Shown one piece after another: positions 53,545 to 63,131 of a stretch of 64,000 bases of DNA (the stretch's first letter is position 1; each line of letters begins with the position of its first letter). The position numbers and the translations under genes are program-made. The stretch comes from a bacterium (GTDB lineage: Bacteria; Vulcanimicrobiota; Vulcanimicrobiia; Vulcanimicrobiales; SCRA01), in the NCBI GenBank assembly GCA_004298675.1, contig SCRI01000002.1, positions 13,181-77,180 on the forward strand, written 5' to 3'. The notes beneath the pieces were generated by a model. The model was not told the origin of the DNA, made no database searches, and worked only from the letters and a program-made list of their open reading frames with translations.

Positions 53545-54924
53545 CTAGCGGGCCGAGGTCTCCTGTCCGCCCTGCGCCAGCCGCTGGTTGAGGTAGCCCA
53601 GCGCGCGCTCCAGCTGTGGGTCGTGCCCCGGCTCGCCGAAGCGCGCGTCGCGCACGTCCTTCGAGACGATGTCCGGCTCGATGCCCTGGTGATCGATGTC
53701 CCGTCCGCGCGGCGTGAAGTAACGCGCTGTCGTGATCTTGATCGCGGAGCCGTCACCCAGCGGGTAGATTGTCTGCACCACGCCCTTCCCGAAGGTACGT
53801 GTGCCGATCAAGATGCCGACGCCGGAATCCTGGATCGCTCCCGAGGTGATCTCCGATGCCGACGCCGTATATCCGTTGACCAGCACGACCAGCGGTCTGG
53901 GCGCAATCGCCGTGCTCTCCGCATCGTAGGTCGTGACATTGGAGGCGCGGCTCTCGACGCTGACGATGGGGCCGTCCGGGATGAATTTCGAGGCGACGTC
54001 GATGGCGGCGTTGAGATAACCTCCGCCGTTGTTGCGCAGATCCAGCACGAATGCGCGCGCTCCCTGCTTCCCCAACTCATCCAACGCCTGGCTCAGCTCG
54101 CGCGCCGTGTCTTGGCCGAAAACCGTGAGCGCGACGTAGCCGATCTTGCCCGCCAGCATGCGGTCGAAGACGCTGGGCGCGTGGATCTCTTGGCGCGTGA
54201 GGGGGAGCGTCCCGAGCGCCTTGCCGTCCCGCTGCACTGCGAGCTGCAGTTGCGTACCGGTCTTGCCGCGGATCATCTTCGAGTCGGCCTCGACCGGCAA
54301 CCCTTTGGTGCTCTTGCCATCCACGGAAAGGATCAGATCCCCAGGCTCCAGGCCCGCTTTGCTGGCCGGCCCACCCGAGATGACTTGGCGCACCAGCAGA
54401 TACTTGGACTGATCGTCGACGTCGATCACGACACCGATGCCCGAGAACTTGGTGCCGTCGAGACCCTCGTTGAGCTCGGCATACTCTTTGGGATCGAGAA
54501 AGACCGTCCAACGGTCGTGCAGCGAACTCAGCATACCGCCGATGGCACTGTAGGTCAGGTTCTTCGGCGCAACCCTACCGCCGGATGCCCGCAGCGCCGC
54601 CTGCACTTCGGCGTCAAGCGAGCGGATATTCTGCCCGGGCGCGGCCGCGGCTCTGATCGGCGGAAGCTCCGCGTTCTTCACGCCGGCTTTCACAAGGTAG
54701 GCGAGCATCCCGCTACGGGCTCCGTCGAGCAGCAACTGCGGGTCGACCTTCTTGTAGAACTCGTTGGTGGCGCGCGCATAGCTTGTCTCCAGCTCTTGCT
54801 GCTCGCCGCTAGAGAGCACCGGCGCGGTCGCGGAAGTGGCCGCAGCAGGAATCAACGGAACCGCCAACAACGCGGCGGCGACCATGAGGGCAGAGGTTAT
54901 CCGTGAGCATCGCATCGTGTTCAT
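53545..54924 (-). CDS. S41-family C-terminal processing peptidase with PDZ domain
   Basis: Signal peptide, PDZ domain (GLEPGDLILSVDG), VNGYTASASEITSGA (catalytic Ser) and TFGKGVVQ (Lys). The start could be 54957, 54924 or 54915. Confidence 0.85.
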   Translation of the reverse strand: MNTMRCSRITSALMVAAALLAVPLIPAAATSATAPVLSSGEQQELETSYARATNEFYKKVDPQLLLDGARSGMLAYLVKAGVKNAELPPIRAAAAPGQNIRSLDAEVQAALRASGGRVAPKNLTYSAIGGMLSSLHDRWTVFLDPKEYAELNEGLDGTKFSGIGVVIDVDDQSKYLLVRQVISGGPASKAGLEPGDLILSVDGKSTKGLPVEADSKMIRGKTGTQLQLAVQRDGKALGTLPLTRQEIHAPSVFDRMLAGKIGYVALTVFGQDTARELSQALDELGKQGARAFVLDLRNNGGGYLNAAIDVASKFIPDGPIVSVESRASNVTTYDAESTAIAPRPLVVLVNGYTASASEITSGAIQDSGVGILIGTRTFGKGVVQTIYPLGDGSAIKITTARYFTPRGRDIDHQGIEPDIVSKDVRDARFGEPGHDPQLERALGYLNQRLAQGGQETSAR

Positions 54925-54978
54925 TCTGTGTTTCCTACCCGTGATTTCGGGCATCATTGCAGGCGTGCCCCGTCGCCG

Positions 54979-56394
54979 TCAAGGGCGCCGGTGCTCGAGG
55001 ATGGCTTTAGCCGCGGCGAGCTGATGGTCGCTTGGCGTGTCGATGAGCGACGGATCCGCGCTCTGCTCGACGACCACGTCCGGGACGATGCCGCGGTGGT
55101 CGATGTCCCTGCCGTTCGGCGTGAGATAACGCGCCGTCGTGATCTTCAGCGCTGAGAGATCGGGCAACCGATAGATGCTCTGCACCACACCCTTCCCAAA
55201 CGTCCGGGTTCCCACGATGGTTCCAGCGCGATCATCCTGGATGGCTCCGGCCGTGATCTCCGAGGCACTCGCCGTGTATTGGTTGACCAGCACCACCAGC
55301 GGTTCGGCCGGATCGTAACGGCCGGTGGCCTGATGAACGTCGCGGTTGCCCGGACGATCCACGGTCGAAACGATGGTTCCGCTCTTGATCCACAGGCTCG
55401 AGATGTCGACGGCGGCGTCGAGCAGTCCGCCGCCGTTGTTGCGCAGATCGAGCACGAATGCCTTCGCGCCCTTGTGACGGGCATCATCGAAGGCGGCACG
55501 CACTTCGTCGTACGAGGTCGAGCCGAAGTCGGCCAAGCGCACGTAGCCGATACTGCCTTCGACTTTGGCGTGCGCCGAGGGCACGTGGATCTGCTCGCGC
55601 ACGACGGAGACGGTGCGCGGCTCCGTCTGCCCCTGCGAACGCACCAGCAGCCGCACGACGGTCCCCGTAGCGCCGCGGATTTGGCGCTCCACGGAATCCA
55701 GCGTCTCACCTTTGATCGGCTTACCGTCCACGGCGATGATCGCATCGCCGGCCTTGATGCCGGCTCGCGCCGCCGGCGTTCCCTCGATGGGCTGCACGAG
55801 CACCACGCCGGTGCGCGGATCCTGGACGATGTAGACGCCGATACCCCCAAAGTCCCCGCCGTTGAGCGACTCCTCCAGCCGGCGAATCTCCTCCGGCGTG
55901 AGATAGGTGGTGTAGGGGTCCTTCAACCCCGCCAGCATCCCTTTGATCGCCTGCTGCATCAGCACGGTATCGCCGAACCGTTTGCCGTAGCGATTGATCG
56001 CATCACGCAGTACGCCGTCGAGCGCACCGCGATCGCTCTGGAGATCGCCCGTCACCACCGGGTCCGCCAGCTCGGCGCCGGCCACGCCCTGGGCGTGGAG
56101 ATACGCCAACAGCCCCGCGCGCTCGCCGGCCAGCAGCACGCCGTCGTTCACCGGCTTGTAATAGACGCTTTGCACCTTCTCGAAGGACGCGTTGAGCAGA
56201 CGCTGATCGAGCGCCGGCCCGTGGCTGAAGATGTCCGGAAGATCCAACGACGCAACGCCGTTGGACGAGCCGGCCGCCGCGCGCGCCGCCGCCGCCTCGC
56301 GGGCACCGCGCTCGCGGCCAAGCACGTAGGCGCCCGAGAGCGAGGCGACCAGGACGACGAGCAGCGCCGCGAGTGCGCGGCCGGGAAGCTTCAC
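54979..56394 (-). CDS. S41-family C-terminal processing peptidase with PDZ domain (second copy)
   Basis: GTG start with an N-terminal TM or signal sequence. PDZ domain (GIKAGDAIIAVDG), VNQYTASASEITAGA and TFGKGVVQ. Confidence 0.85.
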   Translation of the reverse strand: MKLPGRALAALLVVLVASLSGAYVLGRERGAREAAAARAAAGSSNGVASLDLPDIFSHGPALDQRLLNASFEKVQSVYYKPVNDGVLLAGERAGLLAYLHAQGVAGAELADPVVTGDLQSDRGALDGVLRDAINRYGKRFGDTVLMQQAIKGMLAGLKDPYTTYLTPEEIRRLEESLNGGDFGGIGVYIVQDPRTGVVLVQPIEGTPAARAGIKAGDAIIAVDGKPIKGETLDSVERQIRGATGTVVRLLVRSQGQTEPRTVSVVREQIHVPSAHAKVEGSIGYVRLADFGSTSYDEVRAAFDDARHKGAKAFVLDLRNNGGGLLDAAVDISSLWIKSGTIVSTVDRPGNRDVHQATGRYDPAEPLVVLVNQYTASASEITAGAIQDDRAGTIVGTRTFGKGVVQSIYRLPDLSALKITTARYLTPNGRDIDHRGIVPDVVVEQSADPSLIDTPSDHQLAAAKAILEHRRP

Positions 56395-56478
56395 GTGCGG
56401 AGCATCTCCTTAAAGGGGCGGCCTGCTTCTCGTCCGCGCGCGCCGCTCCCTGTCATGCAGGTTCTCGCTACGTACGCG

Positions 56479-57687
56479 CTAGTGCAGGAGCGCCGTTGGA
56501 TCCGTCGGTTTGCCGTTGACGCGCACTTCGAAGTGCAGATGGGGGCCGGTAGCCATGCCGGTCGATCCGACGGCGGCGATCGCCTGCCCGCGCTGCACCT
56601 CTTGACCGACGGTTACGAAGATCTGCGAACAGTGCCCGTAGAGCGTAGCAATCGACGAGCCGTGATCGATGATGACGGCGTTACCGTATCCGCCGTACCA
56701 GCCCGCATAGATCACGTGCCCCCCGGCGGCGGCCGCGATCGTCGCCCCCGTCGGGGCCGCGATGTCGATGCCGGGGTGGAAGTCCATGCGCCCGCCGCCG
56801 AAGGGATTGTTACGCAAACCAAAGGGCGAGGTAATCGGACCGGAGAGCGGCCAGGAGAGCGAGATGGGGGCTCCCGCGGGCGATTCGCCGCCCGCAATGG
56901 CCCGGGCGCGCCGCTCGCGCTCCAGCCGCTCGGCCTCCTCGCGCTGACGCTCCACGATCAGCCGTTCCAGGGCGGCCTCTTCCTGCGCGGAAAGCCCCTC
57001 GAGATCGGCGACCTGTCCGGCGACGTGATTGCGCTGATTCTGCGCCAACGCCACCAACTGAGCCCGCTCATCGGCCAACGCGCCGAGTTGACGCTGCGCC
57101 TGCTCCTGCTGAGCGCGCGCGTCGGCCAACTGCGATGCGGTTTGTTCGAGGTCGTGGCGCAGGCTCGCCACGCGCGCCTCGGCGGCCTGGCGATCGCGCA
57201 CGGTCTGCTGGTTGGCGCGCACGATGAGCCGCAGATTTTCCCAGCGCTCCACGAAGTCGGAGAAAGAGGTCGCGCCGAGCAGCACGTCGAGGTAGCCGAG
57301 ATCGCCGTTCTCGTACATCGACGCCAGGCGCCGGGCCAACGCTTGCCGGTGCAGGTTCAAGGACGACTCGGCGGCGTCCAGCTGCCGCTGATTCCACGCT
57401 AGGCGCGCCTCGACGCCGCGCGTCTTGCCCTCCAAGTTACGCAAGCGCACGCGCGTCGTGTCGATGGCACCGCGCGTTTGACTCAACTGCGACTGCAGAT
57501 CCCGGACTTTGACTTGCGCCTGCTGCAGCTCGCCGCGCTTGTCGTGCAAGCGCTGCTGCACGTCGCGCATGTGGCGTTGCTGCTCTCGGATCCGCTGCTC
57601 GATGGAGCTTGCATGACGCGTGGCCGCGCCGGCAGTCAGCGGCGCCAGTAAAGCTACGGCGAGGGCGGCCGCGAATACGCGCCTCAC
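56479..57687 (-). CDS. M23 (LytM-domain) peptidase with an N-terminal coiled coil, EnvC-like architecture
   Basis: Signal peptide, about 250 aa of Q/R/E/L-rich coiled coil, and a C-terminal LytM domain with FHPGIDIAAP and GPHLHFEV. Confidence 0.85.
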   Translation of the reverse strand: MRRVFAAALAVALLAPLTAGAATRHASSIEQRIREQQRHMRDVQQRLHDKRGELQQAQVKVRDLQSQLSQTRGAIDTTRVRLRNLEGKTRGVEARLAWNQRQLDAAESSLNLHRQALARRLASMYENGDLGYLDVLLGATSFSDFVERWENLRLIVRANQQTVRDRQAAEARVASLRHDLEQTASQLADARAQQEQAQRQLGALADERAQLVALAQNQRNHVAGQVADLEGLSAQEEAALERLIVERQREEAERLERERRARAIAGGESPAGAPISLSWPLSGPITSPFGLRNNPFGGGRMDFHPGIDIAAPTGATIAAAAGGHVIYAGWYGGYGNAVIIDHGSSIATLYGHCSQIFVTVGQEVQRGQAIAAVGSTGMATGPHLHFEVRVNGKPTDPTALLH

Positions 57688-58643
57688 TGCCGGCGCTTAT
57701 CCCGCACGTACGTGGATCCGGGCATGGACTTGGCATGCCGCTTCAACTCCGCCGCCATCTCGCCCACCAGATGGTGCGAGGTGATCGGGCGGTGCTCGTT
57801 GGAGACGACGGCGATCGAGAGCGACATGACTGGATAACGATTGAGGGTCCCGCGGCGATCACGCGTCTCGATGTAGCCTTGACGCAGATCGCGTTCGTTG
57901 TACAGCGCTCGAATGCGCGCGTCAAACGAACGGATCACGGCGTTGCAGATGTCGTCGACGAATTGAGGCTGGGTCGCCACGATGAAATCGTCGCCGCCGA
58001 TGTGCCCCACGAAGTCGCCTTCACCGCCGTGCTCGCGCACCGCTTCGACCACGACCGCTGCTACGAGCTTGATCGCCTCGTCGCCGTGCATGAAGCCGTA
58101 AACGTCGTTGAACGCCTTGAAGTTGTCGAGATCCAGGTAGAGGATGGCCCACTTCTCGTTGGAGGCCACGCGGCGTTTGATAGCCTCCTCGATGGCGAGA
58201 TTCCCCGGTAGCCGCGTGAGCGGCTGGAGCGCGGAGTCCACGGCCACGCGCCGCAACTTCGCTTTGACGCGCGCCAGCAGCTCGGCCGGCCCAAACGGCT
58301 TGGTGATGTAGTCGTCCGCGCCGGCATCGAGGCCGAGGACTTTGTCTTCGCTCTCGCCCTTGGCGGTCAGCATGATGACCGGTACGTGCGTGCCCACCGG
58401 ATGGCTGCGCACGCGGCGGCAGACTTCGTAGCCGTCCATCACCGGCATCATCACGTCCAGGAGAATCAGATCCGGCACCTGCACGTCGAGCAAATCGAGC
58501 GCGGCTAGACCGCTGGAGGCTGTGAGCACACGATATCCCGCCAACTCCAAGTTGGCCGCGATGATTTTGCGGATGTTCTTGTCGTCGTCGACGACGAGTA
58601 TCGTCTTACCCGTGCCCTCACGCTCGACGCTGCTCTCGGTCAT
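57684..58643 (-). CDS. Response regulator with a GGDEF-type output domain (motif GGDDF)
   Basis: REC domain (ILVVDDD...DLILLDVMMP...LTAKG) plus LDLDNFKAFNDVYGFMHGD and HIGGDDFIV. ATGA overlap with the kinase gene. Confidence 0.8.
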   Translation of the reverse strand: MTESSVEREGTGKTILVVDDDKNIRKIIAANLELAGYRVLTASSGLAALDLLDVQVPDLILLDVMMPVMDGYEVCRRVRSHPVGTHVPVIMLTAKGESEDKVLGLDAGADDYITKPFGPAELLARVKAKLRRVAVDSALQPLTRLPGNLAIEEAIKRRVASNEKWAILYLDLDNFKAFNDVYGFMHGDEAIKLVAAVVVEAVREHGGEGDFVGHIGGDDFIVATQPQFVDDICNAVIRSFDARIRALYNERDLRQGYIETRDRRGTLNRYPVMSLSIAVVSNEHRPITSHHLVGEMAAELKRHAKSMPGSTYVRDKRRQ

Positions 58644-59650
58644 GTGCTCCGTTCCGGTAGATAGATGCTGAACGTCGTGCCGCGGCCGGTCTCTGATACG
58701 ACGCTGATCGTACCGCCGTGGGCACGCACGATCGACTGCACGATATACAAGCCTAGTCCGCTGCCGCCGGCACTGGCGGTGAGATGGCTGTCGGCCCGAT
58801 AGAACTTGTCGAAGATATAGTCGAGATCGCTCTCGGGGATGCCGACTCCCGAATCGCGGACGAGTACGCGCACGCCCTCAGGGAGCCGTTCTGCCCAGAC
58901 CCGGATCTCCCCGCCGCGCGGCGAGTATTTCACGGCATTCTCGAGCAAGTTCGAAAAGACTTCATGCAAGCGGTCCGGATCGCCGGAGACGCTGATACCC
59001 GCGACGTCGAGCACGACGGGGTGACGCTCCACGTCGCGCGCGAGGTTAGCCAGCACGCGCTCCAAGAGACCTTCCAGTGGGACGCTCTTGCGCCGCCTGA
59101 GCATGAAGCCGCTGTCCACACGTGTCACCACCAGCAGATCGTCTACCAGACGCGCCAGACGATCGGCCTCGGCCTCGACGATCTGCAGGAACTCGCCGCG
59201 GATGCTCTCGTCGAGTTGCGGGTTGGTGCGCAGCGTCGCGGTGTAGGCTTTGATCGAGGTGAGCGGCGTGCGCAACTCGTGTGAGATCGTGCCGACGAAC
59301 TCGGCTTTGAGCTGATCGATCTCGCGCACGCGCTGTTCGCTTTGAAAAACCCAGAGCCAGCCTGCGGCACTGCCGTCCAGCGTGATGGGGCGCACTCTAC
59401 CCACCAGCAAGCGCTGCGCGTCGCGCCCCGGGACCGCCACCTGGATCGAGGCGCCTGCCGCGCGTTCCAACTCGAACGCCTCCAGCGCACCGGGAGCGAC
59501 CTGCGCGAGCGGCCGGCCCATGGCCTCCGCTGCCGGGATCCCGCTGATACCCTCCGCGGCACGGCTCCACCCGGCGACCGTCCCCTGGGCGTCCACGATG
59601 CAAACGCCTTCATCGAGCAGGTCGAGCAGGGAGGCTACAACCTCAGACAC
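58640..59650 (-). CDS. Cytoplasmic PAS-domain sensor histidine kinase
   Basis: No TM helix. PAS-like N-terminus, H-box ISHELRTPLTSI, N-box NLLENAVKYSP, and G-boxes DSGVGI and GGSGLGLYIV. Confidence 0.85.
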   Translation of the reverse strand: MSEVVASLLDLLDEGVCIVDAQGTVAGWSRAAEGISGIPAAEAMGRPLAQVAPGALEAFELERAAGASIQVAVPGRDAQRLLVGRVRPITLDGSAAGWLWVFQSEQRVREIDQLKAEFVGTISHELRTPLTSIKAYTATLRTNPQLDESIRGEFLQIVEAEADRLARLVDDLLVVTRVDSGFMLRRRKSVPLEGLLERVLANLARDVERHPVVLDVAGISVSGDPDRLHEVFSNLLENAVKYSPRGGEIRVWAERLPEGVRVLVRDSGVGIPESDLDYIFDKFYRADSHLTASAGGSGLGLYIVQSIVRAHGGTISVVSETGRGTTFSIYLPERST

Positions 59651-60524
59651 GCAGGTACCGGCCGACGCTGATCCACGACGCGATCGCCCCCACTAGCGCC
59701 CCCGCACCCAGCAACTGCAGCGCCAGCGGAATCAAATCGGGAGCCTGGGTGGGGAACGGAATGAACGTGATCAGCTGCGCCAGCGCGGGCAGCAACTCGT
59801 GCTGTGCCGTCAGTAACAGCGTCACCGCGACGGCGGCGCCGAGCGATCCCGCCACCACGCCCTCGGCGATAAACGGCAGACGGATGTAGTTGTTGGTGGC
59901 ACCCACCAGCTGCATGATCGCGATCTCGCGCCGGCGCGAGTAGACCGTCAGCCGGATCGTGTTGGAGATGATCTGGAACGCCGCCAGCACGAGCAGCACG
60001 ATCACCGCTAGCCCGACGCGTTGGGCAGCGCCGAGCACGTTCATGACCCGCTGCACGGTTTTGGCCGCGTACTGCACGTCGGCCACGCCCGGCAGCGCCT
60101 TGACCGCGTCGGCGATCGCCGGAACGTCGGCAACGTGGCGCGCGCGAATGCGCAGGACGTCGGGGAGCGGGTTGGTCGTCAGCAGCGAGGTGTCAACCTC
60201 GCCGCGCAGCTTGTCGCGCAGATCCTTGAGCCCCTGCGCCTTGGAGACGTAGGCAACGTGGGCGACGCCCGGCAGCGCGCCGGTGCGCGCGATGAGCCCG
60301 GAGTCGGCTTTGAGGTCGCGCTTGTCGCTCAGGAAGGCACTCACCTCGATCTGTTGGAGTGCCTGATCGCTCACCGCCGCGGCGGTCCGCTGCACGAACA
60401 GGAAGGTGCCGAGCATAGCAATCGCCACGGCCACCGAACCGATCGCGGTCAGCTGCATCGCCGCGTTGCGCGTGAGGTTCGCGAAAACCTCACCCAGAAA
60501 GAACTTGACCTTGCCCCAATCCAA
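59643..60524 (-). CDS. ftsX: Cell-division ABC transporter permease FtsX
   Basis: FLGEVFANLTRNAAMQLTAIGSVAVA, a periplasmic domain and three C-terminal TM helices. The TTG start at 60524 is inferred and overlaps the ftsE 3' end. Confidence 0.8.
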   Translation of the reverse strand: MDWGKVKFFLGEVFANLTRNAAMQLTAIGSVAVAIAMLGTFLFVQRTAAAVSDQALQQIEVSAFLSDKRDLKADSGLIARTGALPGVAHVAYVSKAQGLKDLRDKLRGEVDTSLLTTNPLPDVLRIRARHVADVPAIADAVKALPGVADVQYAAKTVQRVMNVLGAAQRVGLAVIVLLVLAAFQIISNTIRLTVYSRRREIAIMQLVGATNNYIRLPFIAEGVVAGSLGAAVAVTLLLTAQHELLPALAQLITFIPFPTQAPDLIPLALQLLGAGALVGAIASWISVGRYLRV

Positions 60525-61200
60525 GGAAGTAGAACCCCCGCTCCTCGTCGCCGACGATGCGCCCGTTCTCCAGACGCACCACGCGCTTGCGCATGCGGTC
60601 GACAACCGCTTGATTATGTGTGGCCACGACCACCGTCGTGCCCTTGGTGTTGATCCGCTGCAGCAACTCCATGATCTCGGTCGTGTTGCTGGGATCGAGA
60701 TTGCCCGTGGGCTCGTCGCAAAGGAGAATCTTGGGATTGTTCACCAAGGCGCGCGCGATCGCCGCGCGCTGCTGCTCGCCGCCCGACAGTTCGCTCGGGA
60801 ACATGCGGCTCTTTTGAGCCAGTCCCACCAGATCCAGACAACGCGGCACCTGACGCATCACGTCCTTGGTGCGCGCGCCGGTGACCTGGAGCGCGAAGGC
60901 GACGTTCTCCCAAATCGTCTTGCCGCCGAGCAGCTTGAAATCTTGGAAGACCACGCCCACGTTACGACGCAGCCGGGGGATGGCCCCGGCTCGCATGCGA
61001 TGAACCGCGATGCCGTCGACGTAGACGTCGCCGGTAGTGGGAACTTGCTCCCGGTAGAGGAGACGGAGAAGGCTCGACTTGCCCGTACCCGAGTGTCCCA
61101 CGAGGAAGACGAACTCGCCCTTCTCGATCTTGAGGTCGACGGCGTCGAGGGCGCGGACGCCGTTAGGGTACAGTAAGGATACGTTGCGTAGTTCGATCAA
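60490..61200 (-). CDS. ftsE: Cell-division ABC transporter ATP-binding protein FtsE
   Basis: GHSGTGKSS, LSGGEQQRAAIARA and ILLCDEPTGNLD. TTG start. Confidence 0.9.
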   Translation of the reverse strand: MIELRNVSLLYPNGVRALDAVDLKIEKGEFVFLVGHSGTGKSSLLRLLYREQVPTTGDVYVDGIAVHRMRAGAIPRLRRNVGVVFQDFKLLGGKTIWENVAFALQVTGARTKDVMRQVPRCLDLVGLAQKSRMFPSELSGGEQQRAAIARALVNNPKILLCDEPTGNLDPSNTTEIMELLQRINTKGTTVVVATHNQAVVDRMRKRVVRLENGRIVGDEERGFYFLGLGQGQVLSG

Positions 61201-61340
61201 CGCGGCCTCCTCCGGGCTCGCCGATAGGCGCCCCGGATAGCAGTCGTTGGATGTCTCGGTTATCGGGCGTGCGCGAGGAACCCTTCACCTGGTCCCGTAA
61301 AGAGAGCGCCGCTCGTTCCCTTTCCCGCAAGAGAGATGAC

Positions 61341-62513
61341 ATGCAGGCAACCATGAACGCCGGTCTCAACTTCGACATCACCGCAGAACAGGAGGCGATC
61401 CAGCGGCTCTGCCGCGAGCTGGCCGACGACCTCATCGCGCCCGCGGCGGAGGAGCTGGACGCCAAGTCCGAGTTCCCCTACGACATCGTCGCGAAGCTGG
61501 CGGAGTTGGGCTTGCTGGGCATTCCTTGGCCCGAGAAGTACGGTGGAATCGGCGCCGATACCGTCTCCTACGCACTGGCGGTCATGGAGATCGCACGCGG
61601 CGACGCGTCGGTCGGCATCACGCTGGCGGCCCACACCTCCCTCGGCTCCGCGCCCTTCTACTACTTCGGCAGCGAGGAGCAGAAGCAGCGCTACCTGGTC
61701 CCGCTGGCGCAGGGCACGACGCTCTGGGGCTTCGGGCTGACGGAGCCCGGCGCCGGCTCGGATGCCGGCAACGTGCAGACGCGCGCCACGCTCGCGGGCG
61801 ACCACTGGGTGATCAACGGCGCCAAGGCCTTCATCACCAACTCCGGCACGCGCATCACCGGCGGCACGACCATCACCGCCTGGACTGGAATGCGGCCCGA
61901 CGGGCGCAAGGAGATCACCAACCTCATCGTGCCGCAGAACACGCCCGGCTTCTCCGCCAGCAAGAAGTATCGCAAGATGGGCTGGCGAGCCTCGGACACG
62001 CGCGAGCTCTCGTTCGTCGACGCCCAAATCCCCGCGGAGAACGTGCTAGGGGGCCGCGGTCGCGGCTTCAAGCAGTTCCTCGATATCCTCGACGGCGGGC
62101 GAATCTCGGTCGCCGCCGTCTCTCTGGGTTTGGCCAGTGCGGCTTTCGAGGCCGCTCTGAAGTACGCCAAGGAGCGCCAGGCCTTCGGCTCCGCCATCGG
62201 CAAGTTTCAGGCCATCCAGTTCAAGCTGGCCGACATGAAGATGGAGATCGAGCACGCCAAGCTGATGATGCTCAAGGCCGCCTGGGAGAAGGACGCGGGA
62301 CGCGACTACGTCATGAGCGCCTCGCTGGCCAAGCTCTACGCGGGTGAGGTTTCGCGGCGCGTCTGCAACGAGGCCGTACAGATCCACGGCGGGTACGGCT
62401 TCATGGACGAGTATCCGGTCTCGCGGTACTACCGCGACCAGAAGGTCAACGAGATCGGTGAGGGCAGCAACGAGATCCAGCGCTTGATCATTGCCCGCCT
62501 GCTGGGCCTGTAG
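61341..62513 (+). CDS. Acyl-CoA dehydrogenase (short/branched-chain type)
   Basis: GLTEPGAGSD and C-terminal EIGEGSNEIQRLIIAR. Start is 61341 or 61353. Confidence 0.85.
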   Translation: MQATMNAGLNFDITAEQEAIQRLCRELADDLIAPAAEELDAKSEFPYDIVAKLAELGLLGIPWPEKYGGIGADTVSYALAVMEIARGDASVGITLAAHTSLGSAPFYYFGSEEQKQRYLVPLAQGTTLWGFGLTEPGAGSDAGNVQTRATLAGDHWVINGAKAFITNSGTRITGGTTITAWTGMRPDGRKEITNLIVPQNTPGFSASKKYRKMGWRASDTRELSFVDAQIPAENVLGGRGRGFKQFLDILDGGRISVAAVSLGLASAAFEAALKYAKERQAFGSAIGKFQAIQFKLADMKMEIEHAKLMMLKAAWEKDAGRDYVMSASLAKLYAGEVSRRVCNEAVQIHGGYGFMDEYPVSRYYRDQKVNEIGEGSNEIQRLIIARLLGL

Positions 62514-62516
62514 CGC

Positions 62517-63101
62517 TTAGGCGCGTGCGTGGAGGCAGGCGCCGGCAACCAGCTCGCCCGCGGTTGCCGGCAGCCCCTTGAACCCGCGCATGCCGTCGTC
62601 GAGGAATCGCAGCCCCGCCTTCAGATCGGCGGCCGGCGGCTGGCTCGTCCGCAGGCAGAAGCGCGTGAAGGGCGCGCACGGATGCATCACGGCCAGGCCG
62701 GTCACGCCCAGCCGTTCACCGTTCGCCAGCTCGAAGAGCAGTTCGCCGCCGAGATCCGCGAGCGTGGTGCGTCCAGCACGCTCCACGACCACGCTCTCGC
62801 CGGCGATCCCCAGCGTCACGTGCGGGCCGAAGCGCTCCTGCATCGCGCGGTAATGGCCGGTGAAACCGATCGAGAGATGGTTGGTGCCGTTGGAGCGCGA
62901 GTGGGGGTGGGTGGCGTGGTGAACGTCCACCACGAAGGCGTCACCGACGGGTGCCAGCACACCCGCGGGCGCGACATGAAGGCGCTCGACGCGGCGAATC
63001 AACTCGTCGCGATAGCGCGAGTCTGAATTCTCTTTGATGCGGTTGAGCTCGATTTGGAGGCGGACGACAACCCCGAGTTCACGCCATCTCGGCGCCGTCA
63101 C
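62517..63101 (-). CDS. MOSC-domain-like protein
   Basis: GTG start after AGGAGG. LGIAGESVVVE...GERLGVTGLAVMHPCAPF resembles the MOSC beta-barrel with its conserved PC motif. The family call is tentative. Confidence 0.5.
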   Translation of the reverse strand: MTAPRWRELGVVVRLQIELNRIKENSDSRYRDELIRRVERLHVAPAGVLAPVGDAFVVDVHHATHPHSRSNGTNHLSIGFTGHYRAMQERFGPHVTLGIAGESVVVERAGRTTLADLGGELLFELANGERLGVTGLAVMHPCAPFTRFCLRTSQPPAADLKAGLRFLDDGMRGFKGLPATAGELVAGACLHARA

Positions 63102-63131
63102 GCTCTTCCTCCTGGCTCAAAAAGCCGATGC

